Source: Gammaproteobacteria bacterium | GTDB taxonomy: Bacteria > Pseudomonadota > Gammaproteobacteria > UBA12402 | DNA: 56,516 nucleotides | Reading direction: 5' to 3' | Assembly (NCBI GenBank): GCA_016930035.1 | Contig: JAFGHQ010000044.1 | Location: 1-56,516, forward strand | Part shown: positions 1 through 8,131 of the stretch, piece after piece | Layout of the letters: the number at the start of each line of letters is the position of its first letter | Position numbering within the stretch: the stretch's first letter is position 1 | Made by a program: the position numbers and the translations under genes | Notes under the pieces: generated by a model | Told to the model about the DNA's origin: nothing | The model's input: the letters and a program-made list of their open reading frames with translations, nothing else | Databases searched by the model: none

Positions 1-153
1 AAAATCTTTCCTCATGTTTATCTTCATATCATGTAACAACTTTTTGTGACCACTATTAAAAACAAAACGTAAAACGCGGTTTGACCCCTTGGATTCAGTA
101 GCGTAAATATTGGGTTTAAAACCTAGACGAAACGTAAAACGGTGTTTGACCCC
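1..153. repeat. Window-edge copy of a ~153-bp direct repeat (second copy at 1877-2029). It carries two copies of the motif AAACGTAAAACGCGGTTTGACCCC, at 65-92 and 130-153.
   Basis: Aligning 1-153 with 1877-2029 by eye gives 7 substitutions in 153 nt (~95% identity). Confidence 0.9.
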
Positions 154-155
154 AT

Positions 156-293
156 TCATTTTTGAGCTTTCCCTACTTGTTTTAAGAAACTAAGTTCTTT
201 AAGTTCATGCAATTGTCGTTGCAAAGTTCTTCTACTTAGATTAAGTTTTTGCATAAGTTCAGCAAGAGTTGCTTGATCTTTAAAAGTAAGTTT
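156..293 (-). pseudogene. Remnant of a C-terminal helix-turn-helix segment (..ATLAELMQKLNLSRRTLQRQLHELKELSFLKQVGKAQK*). It has no N-terminus.
   Basis: My own minus-strand translation. It is preceded by an in-frame TAG, and the HTH-like pattern is the only support. Confidence 0.25.
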
Positions 294-351
294 CTAGCTC
301 CCTTTATTCGTTCATCTTTGATTGAGTCAATCTTTTCCAATTGATTGTTAG

Positions 352-1113
352 CTAAAGCCATACAGCCCAATCTCCATAGTCAAATGTTCCGGCGCCATGA
401 TGCAATTTTCCTTGATTCTGTAACGCTTGAAAAGCATCTTTCATTCTAATCAAAATCTCCGGATGGATATCCAATGAATGATGCGCTGGGAAAACTCGCT
501 TTACAGGTAATTGAGATAATCGTTTCAAAGAGCGAAAATACGCTTCTGGATCTGTAGAAGGATAATAGGCAAATAAGGTATCTTTATAAACTAAGTCACC
601 GGTAAAAAGATAACCGCATTCTTTTTCCCAGAAACACATATGACCCGGAGAATGCCCCGGTGTGTGTAGTATTTGAACACTACGATCTCCGAGATCAACC
701 ACATCATTATCTTTGAGTAATTTTGTAGGCATCCCTTGAAAAAATTCATAGCTGTTTACATCATAACCTTCAGGAAGATCACAGCGATCGATAACCATCT
801 CTCTAATTTGTTCTATAGTTAAAGGAAATTCTCCTCTGAGCCAGCTTAATTCCTCCGCATGAGCGTAAAAATCGGGGAAATATTGATGACCACCAACGTG
901 ATCCCAGTGAATATGAGTGGCTACTGCGATAATTGGCTTGTCAGTTAACTTAATTACCTCATTATATATATTGCAGATTCCAAGGCCAGTGTCAATCAGC
1001 AAACTCTTTTCAGAACCATTTAAAAGATAGCAATGCGTTTCCTCCCAATGACGGTATTCGCTAATAATATAAGTCTGTTTATCAATTTGATCTATAGTAA
1101 ACCAATCATTCAT
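352..1113 (-). CDS. MBL-fold metallo-hydrolase (beta-lactamase/glyoxalase II-like superfamily)
   Basis: 253-aa ORF with the HxHxDH motif (HIHWDHVGGH). Downstream metal ligands are also present (HTPGHSPGH, TGD, PAHH). Confidence 0.8.
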   Translation of the reverse strand: MNDWFTIDQIDKQTYIISEYRHWEETHCYLLNGSEKSLLIDTGLGICNIYNEVIKLTDKPIIAVATHIHWDHVGGHQYFPDFYAHAEELSWLRGEFPLTIEQIREMVIDRCDLPEGYDVNSYEFFQGMPTKLLKDNDVVDLGDRSVQILHTPGHSPGHMCFWEKECGYLFTGDLVYKDTLFAYYPSTDPEAYFRSLKRLSQLPVKRVFPAHHSLDIHPEILIRMKDAFQALQNQGKLHHGAGTFDYGDWAVWL

Positions 1114-1216
1114 TTAAATTTTTTCCTCGAGAATAATAATTTCGATTTTTCCATTTGTTGCTAATCAGAATCCATTGTGGGACAAATCCTAGGACCTAGT
1201 AGTAATTATAATTTTT

Positions 1217-1777
1217 TTATAATTCTAGAGCACGTTTTAGTTTTTCAATTGCTGCTTGGTGTTTTTCCGCGCTCATTTTGCGAACATTGATGACTTTCCA
1301 TCGTAGTGCGGGCAAGCTTTCAACATTCAAGTCTGGAATCAACGAGTAATTTGGGTCTCCTAATTTGACAGACATTAAAAATTGACGTTCTTTGTTGGTT
1401 AAATTTTCTTTGATAAGTTGGATCAGTTTTTCGCGATAATATAACAAGTCATGATAACCAACTGGATGTGTTGTTAAACCTGAAAACTCTTTATGAAACA
1501 AGTCTTCTATATCAAAGAGGTTTGGTTCTAATAATTCGCTCATAGGTCTTGGGCTACTGGCGAGATAAATTAAAAAAGCTTGTCGAATAGCATCGGTAAA
1601 ACCTTCAGAATCTAACAGCATTTTGATATCAAATAAATCCCGAGGGTGTTATCTACTCAGTGCTGCACAGATTTTTCCGGCATATAGATCAGCAGCGGAT
1701 AAACTTTTTACAAAACAGGAAGAAAGGAATTGGTCTTCGGCGGCGTCACATAAGGTCATTTCTTCTGGCGGAATGGA
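1217..1777 (-). pseudogene. AbiEii/AbiGii-family nucleotidyltransferase toxin. It is truncated at the 5' end and carries an in-frame TAA.
   Basis: The 134-aa ORF matches the C-terminal region I recall for this family (..LTNKERQFL..LPALRWKVINV..). The same frame continues upstream as ..DLYAGKICAALSR*HPRDLFDIK-MLLD.., with TAA at 1649-1651. The frame ends in the repeat cluster at 1778. Confidence 0.6.
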
Positions 1778-2029
1778 CCAAAGGGGTCAAACCGCGTTTT
1801 ACGTTTTGTGAAGTCTTCGAAGCTAGTATTTATCTGATTGGCCCAAGGGGTCAAACCGCGTTTTACGTTTATCAACAAAATCTTTCCTCATGTTTATCTT
1901 CATATCATGTAATAACTTTTTGTGACCACTATTAAAAATAAAACGTAAAACGCGGTTTGACCCCTTGGGTGCAGTAGCGTAAATATTGGGTTTAAAACCT
2001 AGACAAAACGTAAAACGCGGTTTGACCCC
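1778..2029. repeat. Nested inverted-repeat cluster. Two forward copies of CCAA(A)GGGGTCAAACCGCGTTTTACGTTT lie at 1778-1807 and 1842-1870, facing two reverse copies at 1941-1969 and 2006-2029. MITE-like.
   Basis: Motif read directly on both strands. The inner pair encloses ~70 bp and the outer pair encloses the inner element. Confidence 0.85.
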
Positions 2030-2109
2030 ACTGGTACAGTTCTGTTGGTTCGTAAGTGTGAGACGACGCATACCTTGGCTTCGGCATTTTTCTCGCTTAT
2101 GGGACATTT

Positions 2110-2271
2110 CTATAGTCTTTCCAATTAATATTTTAACAAAAGGCTGTCATCCAAAGGGAGTTCTGCCATCGCTGTCATTCCGAGGAGAGATTCTTCGTCG
2201 GCGCGTAGCGCCGCCTCTGAATGACAGTATGGTGAGAATTATTTATCAAAATGTTAATTGGAAATACTATA
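2110..2271. repeat. MITE-like element, family B (~162 bp). Terminal inverted repeats are CTATAGTCTTTCCAATTAATATT and AATGTTAATTGGAAATACTATA.
   Basis: Terminal inverted repeats were read directly. The interior (GTCATCCAAAGGGAG.., GTCATTCCGAGGAG.., CGGCGCGTAGCGCCGCC) recurs in inverted order at 52693-52853 and partly at 53374-53489. Confidence 0.85.
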
Positions 2272-2432
2272 ACGTTCAAAAAGGAAGTCCGGCTACCGCT
2301 CCTGAGTTATGTATTTTTTGCTTCAAAAAAATAAAAGTTGCAGTTATTCATCGGGTTATAAAATCTTGGCACAACATTATTTTGTTTTTAAGCTAAATGG
2401 ATCGTGGCGTTTTAAGGCCAATGGATACTGGA

Positions 2433-2458
2433 CCAAAGGGGTAAAACGGTGTTTGACC
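2433..2458. repeat. Solo hybrid copy of the GGGGTCAAACC.. motif (CCAAAGGGGTAAAACGGTGTTTGACC)
   Basis: Matches the 130-153 variant (GTAAAACGGTGTTTGACC) fused to a CCAAAGGGG end. Confidence 0.6.
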
Positions 2459-2596
2459 ACGTTGACTCAAAGGTTGTGCTTCTACTTTTAATTCATGCTT
2501 TGTTATACTTCATTTTGTATTATAAAAATTGTGGGGCCGAAAACTGCTTTGTCTTTATTTACGGTTCACGAAAATATCAGAAAGGAATAACTATTA

Positions 2597-3457
2597 ATGA
2601 TCACAAAACGCAGGCTTGGAAGAGGGTTGAATGAGTTATTAATGGGTTCTCAACCCAGCACTTATCAAGTAGAACAAATTGCTGATGAGTTTAATTTATT
2701 ACCGATCGAGTATTTGCATCCTGGCAAATACCAACCTCGTCAAGATATGAATGAAGAGGCGCTTGAAGAATTAGCAGAATCTATTAAATCACAAGGTATT
2801 ATTCAACCCATAGTCGTTCGGTTTATTCATGACAATCATTATGAAATTATCGCTGGCGAGCGGCGTTGGCGGGCTGCGCAATTAGCTGGCCTTAAAGATG
2901 TTCCCGTTCTTATCAAAGATATTTCTGATGAGGTAGCTGTTGCGATGTCTTTAATTGAGAACATTCAACGCGAAAACTTGAACCCATTAGAAGAAGCCGG
3001 TGCACTACGAAGGCTACTTGAAGAGTTTGGTATGACTCAGCAACAAGTTGCTGATGTTGTCGGGAAATCACGGGCCACCGTAACCAATTTACTACGTTTA
3101 TTGAGTCTAAATAAAGAAGTGAAAAAGTTACTTGAACACGGCGATTTAGAGATGGGACATGCTCGAGCCCTCCTCTCGCTTGAAGGTCAATTGCAGAATC
3201 AAGCTGCCCAGCTGATTGTATCAAAAGAGTTATCCGTTCGCGAAACTGAGAAGTTGGTCAAAAAACTCTTAGCAGGCACGCCGATCCATAAATCAAAAGA
3301 AAAACAACACCCCGATGTCATCTCGCTTCAAAATCAATTATCCGATAAGCTTGGTGCAAAAGTTGCTATTCAGCATAATGCAAAGGGCAAAGGGAAATTA
3401 GTGATTTCTTTCAACAACCTCGACGAACTCGACGGCATATTTGAACATTTTAAATAA
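2597..3457 (+). CDS. parB: Chromosome partitioning protein ParB/Spo0J
   Basis: 286 aa. It has the N-terminal RRLGRGLNELL box, the IIAGERRWRAA arginine patch and an HTH (TQQQVADVVGKSRATVTNLLRLL). Confidence 0.93.
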   Translation: MITKRRLGRGLNELLMGSQPSTYQVEQIADEFNLLPIEYLHPGKYQPRQDMNEEALEELAESIKSQGIIQPIVVRFIHDNHYEIIAGERRWRAAQLAGLKDVPVLIKDISDEVAVAMSLIENIQRENLNPLEEAGALRRLLEEFGMTQQQVADVVGKSRATVTNLLRLLSLNKEVKKLLEHGDLEMGHARALLSLEGQLQNQAAQLIVSKELSVRETEKLVKKLLAGTPIHKSKEKQHPDVISLQNQLSDKLGAKVAIQHNAKGKGKLVISFNNLDELDGIFEHFK

Positions 3458-3513
3458 TTCTATCTATGCCTTTCAATAGCAGAGCACAAGCAATTCTAAA
3501 ATTTTTAATTATT

Positions 3514-4371
3514 TTATTTTCCCACCTCATCAATCATTTGTTGGAGTTGGTTTTGTGAGGTTTGCCCTGGGAAAAATGCCACGGGTAATTTGGGATCTTG
3601 ATCAAGATTGCTCGCTGTTATAATGAAAACAGGTGTCCCAATTAGTTTTAACGCTTGAGCAAGTTGATAGTTTTGTTCCAATTCTCTTGAAATGGATTTT
3701 AATTTCATATTAACAAGTAATTGTTTGCTATCAAGCCCTACTTTTTTAGCCATATTGATAATATTGGTTTGGCTGAAAGGAATTTGAGAATTCATAAAGA
3801 CCTGATGAAGTGCAAAATATTTCTTTTGCAGATTAGCAGCGAGAGCAGCTCGGGCAGCTCTAGTTGAATCTGGTCCAAAAATGGGAAATTCTTTGAAAAT
3901 AACCCGAAGATTAGGATTCATTTTCATGAGTTTGTCAATAATATCGGCCATCGCGCGACAATGTGTGCATTGATAATCGAGAAATGCAATTAATGTTACT
4001 GAACCTTTAGGATTACCCTCAACGGGGCTTAAAGGCGCATCCAATAACTTTTTGGCATTGCCTCGTGTTGCCTTAATGGCCATTTTTTGCATATCCTCAA
4101 TTTCTTTTTGTTGCAATGCATGAGACGCTTCCACTAAAACTTCCGGATTGGCGATTAAGTAGTCATGAATTACTTTTTCAATTTGGGCCTGTTGGGAAGG
4201 AGACAATCCATTTTTTGCATTTTCATTTTGTTGGGGTTTTCCAAGAGCTAATTGATTTGTTGGTGCTTGTTGAGATTGAGCAGAAGCATTTTTATTCTGT
4301 AAAACATTAGCAACCAATATTCCAATCGAAAAAAAACAGATAAGAATAATAATAAATTTGATCATTTTCAT
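3514..4371 (-). CDS. Periplasmic DsbA-family thiol:disulfide oxidoreductase with a long N-terminal extension (DsbA2/Com1-like)
   Basis: Signal or anchor peptide, a Q-rich linker, a thioredoxin CxxC active site (DYQCTHCR), and the LIGTPVF cis-Pro loop region. Confidence 0.8.
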   Translation of the reverse strand: MKMIKFIIILICFFSIGILVANVLQNKNASAQSQQAPTNQLALGKPQQNENAKNGLSPSQQAQIEKVIHDYLIANPEVLVEASHALQQKEIEDMQKMAIKATRGNAKKLLDAPLSPVEGNPKGSVTLIAFLDYQCTHCRAMADIIDKLMKMNPNLRVIFKEFPIFGPDSTRAARAALAANLQKKYFALHQVFMNSQIPFSQTNIINMAKKVGLDSKQLLVNMKLKSISRELEQNYQLAQALKLIGTPVFIITASNLDQDPKLPVAFFPGQTSQNQLQQMIDEVGK

Positions 4372-4428
4372 AAATGCTAGTCCTTATGTCTCAGTGTGAT
4401 TTAATTAGCAAACAACATAACAGATCAG

Positions 4429-6447
4429 TTAACAAATTTCAATCGGATCGACATCAATAGACCAACGAACTGATTTATGGGGTTCTATCTGGGGAATGAT
4501 TTTATCCAAAATTCTATGAAGCGCCTGGCGAGATTTTGATTCAAATAGTAATTGAGCATAATAATGATTTTTTCGCCGCGCCATGGTCGCTGGAACAGGC
4601 CCCGATATTTTGACACGATCATTTTTTTGAAGAAAAGGCATATTTTTTATTTGAGTTAAAAATCCAAGGGCATTTTTGAGTTGCTTCGAATAGGCTCTTA
4701 TCAATGTGAAGTGAACGAAAGGAGGTAATCCCGTATCTTTTCGTTCGTCTAATAGGAACTCGCTAAAATCCGCGTATCCCGACTGAATCAATTTCAATAA
4801 TAATGGATGTTCGGGATGGAGCGTTTGGATAAAAACTTCGCCTGGTTTTTCAGCGCGGCCTGCGCGCCCTGATACCTGTACGAGTAATTGCCCAATTCGT
4901 TCGAGAGATCGAAAATCAGCACTAAAAAAACCTGCGTCAGCATTAATAATACCAACCAAAGTAACATTCGGGAAATGGTGGCCTTTGGCTAACATTTGTG
5001 TGCCGATTAAAATTTGCCGATGCCCAGATTGAACATTTTCGATCATGGCCTCCAAAGCGTCTTTTTTTCGAGTCGAATCACGGTCAACACGAACAACAGG
5101 AATGTGAGGAAAATGTTTTTTTAAGAAGGTTTCGAGGCGCTGTGTCCCAACGCCCACGTCATCCAAATTAGCACCATGACAGGTAGGGCAAATTTCAGGG
5201 ATACTTTGTCGTCGGTTACAATGATGGCAGCGAAGTTCTGCTGGATGGTGATGTAAAGTCATATGGGCATCACAGTTAGTACATTTGGCAATCCAACCGC
5301 ATACATGGCACATCAAGGTTGGTGCGTAACCCCGGCGATTCAAAAATAAGAGTACTTGGTTTCCGCGCTTTAAATGATTTTCCATGATCTTTAGCAACGG
5401 TCTAGAAAGACCATGTTGTAGCCTTAAATTCCGAATGTCGATCAAATGGAAATGAGGGTGAATGGCTGTGCCCGCGCGTTCTGGGAGCTCTAATCGACAG
5501 TATTGCTTATAGCGAACGTTATATAAACTTTCTAATGACGGAGTTGCGGAACCTAAAACCACCGGAATTTGATTAAAATGAGCACGAAAAACGGCCAAAT
5601 CACGGGCTGAATACCGCATCCCATCTTGTTGTTTGAATGAAGGATCATGTTCTTCGTCTACGATAATAATCCCTAAATGCTGAAGAGGGGTGAAAATAGC
5701 TGAACGCGTGCCGATAACGATTTTTGCATGCCCTTCTTTGGCTAACAACCATGCATTCAATCGCGCGCGGGGAGCCAGCCCCGAATGTAAAACCGCAATA
5801 GGCTCTGTGAAACGTTCCTCGAAGCGAGCAAGCGTTTGCGGTGTTAAAGCTATCTCAGGAATCAATACCAATGCTTGGCGTCCTTGTTGCACTACGGATT
5901 CGATTAAGTTTAAATAAACTTCGGTTTTGCCGCTTCCAGTAACGCCATCGAGCAAAAAACATTGAAACTGATCGAAGCTTTTCTTAATTGCATCAATGGC
6001 GTTTTTTTGTGCAGAATTCAAAATAATTTTTATTTTTTTTTGTACGGACGGGTCGTGACCTGTCCCTACGTTCTTGAGCGTAGCTTTTTTCCCTTGGCGG
6101 AGCAACGCAGGCAAAGCATTTGAAAACACATCACCTAAAGGATGGTGATAATATTGGCTTGTCCATTGACAAAGGTTGAGCAATTCTTGGGGTATAAGAG
6201 GTTCCTGATCAAGGATCTCAATGATCGGTTTTAATTTATTTTGGGGAACTTCGGTTTTTGTCCCTGTTTCCAATAAAATCCCAACTAATTCCTTTTTACC
6301 AAAAGGCACTTTAATCCGCAAACCGGGTTTTAATTCAGGATCACATATCAAACATTTATAATCAAATATCTGATACAAAGGCACTGGCAGCGCCACCCGC
6401 ACAATGATATTTGAGTCAGTAGAAAAAGCGTTAGACATAAAATACAT
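4429..6447 (-). CDS. priA: Primosomal replication restart helicase PriA
   Basis: Walker A (GVTGSGKTEVY), DEEHD box, and a Cys-rich zinc-binding insertion (CHVCGWIAKCTNCDAHMTLHHHPAELRCHHCNRRQSIPEICPTCHG). An alternative ATG lies at 6438. Confidence 0.93.
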   Translation of the reverse strand: MYFMSNAFSTDSNIIVRVALPVPLYQIFDYKCLICDPELKPGLRIKVPFGKKELVGILLETGTKTEVPQNKLKPIIEILDQEPLIPQELLNLCQWTSQYYHHPLGDVFSNALPALLRQGKKATLKNVGTGHDPSVQKKIKIILNSAQKNAIDAIKKSFDQFQCFLLDGVTGSGKTEVYLNLIESVVQQGRQALVLIPEIALTPQTLARFEERFTEPIAVLHSGLAPRARLNAWLLAKEGHAKIVIGTRSAIFTPLQHLGIIIVDEEHDPSFKQQDGMRYSARDLAVFRAHFNQIPVVLGSATPSLESLYNVRYKQYCRLELPERAGTAIHPHFHLIDIRNLRLQHGLSRPLLKIMENHLKRGNQVLLFLNRRGYAPTLMCHVCGWIAKCTNCDAHMTLHHHPAELRCHHCNRRQSIPEICPTCHGANLDDVGVGTQRLETFLKKHFPHIPVVRVDRDSTRKKDALEAMIENVQSGHRQILIGTQMLAKGHHFPNVTLVGIINADAGFFSADFRSLERIGQLLVQVSGRAGRAEKPGEVFIQTLHPEHPLLLKLIQSGYADFSEFLLDERKDTGLPPFVHFTLIRAYSKQLKNALGFLTQIKNMPFLQKNDRVKISGPVPATMARRKNHYYAQLLFESKSRQALHRILDKIIPQIEPHKSVRWSIDVDPIEIC

Positions 6448-6521
6448 TCTACATCAAAATCGTTTTTTAAAAATGGTATTTATCTTTTTCTAAATAGTAT
6501 AAGTTTTTAATTTATCATTAT

Positions 6522-7151
6522 TTGAGCAATGTTATGGAAAAAGTCCGAGCCCTTTTAGAAAAATATTTGAAAAACAGTCTATCCGATCAGCAAATTGATT
6601 TATTAGATCAATATGTATCACTCATATTGAAGTGGAATAAATTTTACAATTTAACCGCGATCACAGATCCGCAAGAAATTGTTATCAAGCACATTCTTGA
6701 TAGTTTATCTGTTTTGCCTTATTTGAAAGGTGATCGTATTTTAGATGTTGGAACCGGTGCCGGCTTTCCTGGCATTCCTTTGGCCATTTCTCTTCCAAAT
6801 AAACATTTTAGTTTGCTCGACAGTAGCAATAAAAAAATACAATTTCTCATTCATATTGTGAGCATGCTCCATTTGAAGAATATCGAAATTATCCACAGCA
6901 GGGTGGAAAGCTATCAGAATCAGCAAGGATTTAACACTATTATCACGCGTGCTTTCAGCGATCTTCCCCATTTTCTTAAAACCACACAACATTTGATAGG
7001 ACCGCATGGAATTTTTATTGCGATGAGAGGCGTGACCCTAAGTACCATCCAAACCCCAGATGGTTTTCAGATTAAAGACATTATTTCACTCCGGATTCCA
7101 GATCTCTCCGCAGAAAGACATGTCGTGATTGTAGAAAGCCGTAGTTCCTAA
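6522..7151 (+). CDS. rsmG: 16S rRNA (guanine527-N7)-methyltransferase RsmG (GidB)
   Basis: 209 aa with a SAM-binding motif (ILDVGTGAGFPGIPLAI) and the typical WNKFYNLTAI region. The track start is TTG; an ATG lies at 6534. Confidence 0.9.
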   Translation: MSNVMEKVRALLEKYLKNSLSDQQIDLLDQYVSLILKWNKFYNLTAITDPQEIVIKHILDSLSVLPYLKGDRILDVGTGAGFPGIPLAISLPNKHFSLLDSSNKKIQFLIHIVSMLHLKNIEIIHSRVESYQNQQGFNTIITRAFSDLPHFLKTTQHLIGPHGIFIAMRGVTLSTIQTPDGFQIKDIISLRIPDLSAERHVVIVESRSS

Positions 7152-7314
7152 TTTTGATTACTACGATGATATTCCTCTTTTTTCAGAAATGCGTATTGTT
7201 ACGTAGTCTTAAAATTATTTTAATATTTTGGTGTTATACTTAGGCGGAGTTTATTTATTTTTGAGCATTTCTTATTTTAAAGTAATGGCCTATTAACTAT
7301 GAGGAGAAATATTT

Positions 7315-7788
7315 ATGTCAATGAATTCTTCAATATCTGAACTTGCGATTCTCGAACGCTTGCTTGAACATGGTGTGGATATTAATGAGGCTAACAACGA
7401 AGGTGACACGCCACTGCATATGGCAGCGAGCTGCAATAATTTTTTGCAGACTGTTATGGCGCAATTCTTACTTAATGCTGGAGCAGATCCTGATTTGCCT
7501 AATAAGGATGGTGACACAGCCCTGCATTTGGCAGTGAAAGCGAGAAATGCTGATCTTAATGTGCGTGCAGCTATGGTAAAAGTTTTGCTTGATGCTGGTG
7601 CAAATTCTCATTTATTTAACAATGAGGGCAAAACGCCCGAAGATCTTGCGTTTGAGTCTAAAGAGAAGGGGAGCGAAGTAATACAGCGATTATTGGGGAA
7701 ATTTACAAGAAAAGAAAAAAGTCAACCCTTTGAGGAACAACACGATCAAGTAAAAGAAACAACGCCACAAAAACCTGCTTTTTTTTGA
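7315..7788 (+). CDS. Ankyrin-repeat protein (3-4 ANK repeats)
   Basis: Repeated ANK consensus (GDTPLHMAA, GDTALHLAV, GKTPEDLA, LLxxGAD/N). A GAGGAG RBS lies 8 nt upstream of the ATG. Confidence 0.85.
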   Translation: MSMNSSISELAILERLLEHGVDINEANNEGDTPLHMAASCNNFLQTVMAQFLLNAGADPDLPNKDGDTALHLAVKARNADLNVRAAMVKVLLDAGANSHLFNNEGKTPEDLAFESKEKGSEVIQRLLGKFTRKEKSQPFEEQHDQVKETTPQKPAFF

Positions 7789-8068
7789 TCGACCTAATGG
7801 TGGCTCACATACAACCCTAATCCACATCGAAGAAGGAATTCACACGGACACCCCGTAATGGTTTAATGCTATTATGTTAACCCCATTAAACTGCTAATTG
7901 GTGATAGTAAGTGATATTAGCGACTTTTTAGTTTTAGACTCTTCGCCTCTCAAGCTCGCCTTGCACTATACAAGTGGGAGAGGGACAACAGCAATTTAGT
8001 CTCTAGTTTTAAATCTCTGCAATTCATTGTGCGAAGTATGGGGGTTGTTGTTACTCCCTCTTTGGTCT

Positions 8069-8096
8069 TTGAACGCTCACGCTCTTCGAGTATAAT
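8069..8096 (+). promoter_or_regulatory. Candidate sigma70 promoter for parA (TTGAAC-16 nt-TATAAT)
   Basis: Hexamers read directly at 8069-8074 and 8091-8096, about 35 nt upstream of the parA GTG. Confidence 0.4.
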
Positions 8097-8131
8097 CTTG
8101 AGCTCAATATATATTTACAGTGAGAATGTGA

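Noticed and set aside
1778-2029. Possible CRISPR array, because a ~24-nt motif repeats at ~60-bp spacing
   Set aside because: Copies occur in both orientations (two forward, two reverse). Spacing is irregular and a 153-bp block including the 'spacers' is itself duplicated at 1-153. No cas genes are present. The pattern fits nested inverted-repeat elements, not CRISPR.
1-2460. Integron-like cassette array, with the inverted repeats as attC sites flanking the MBL and AbiEii genes
   Set aside because: I could not read any RYYYAAC/GTTRRRY core sites in the repeats. There is no intI gene or attI nearby, and the repeat units are nested rather than one per cassette.
1623-2634. Track ORFs 1623-1811, 1660-1935, 1823-2107, 1986-2396, 2309-2491 and 2449-2634
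   Set aside because: They run through the repeat elements on both strands and their peptides are just repeat translations (for example ..GVKPRFTF..). They overlap one another and lack RBSs, so they are spurious.
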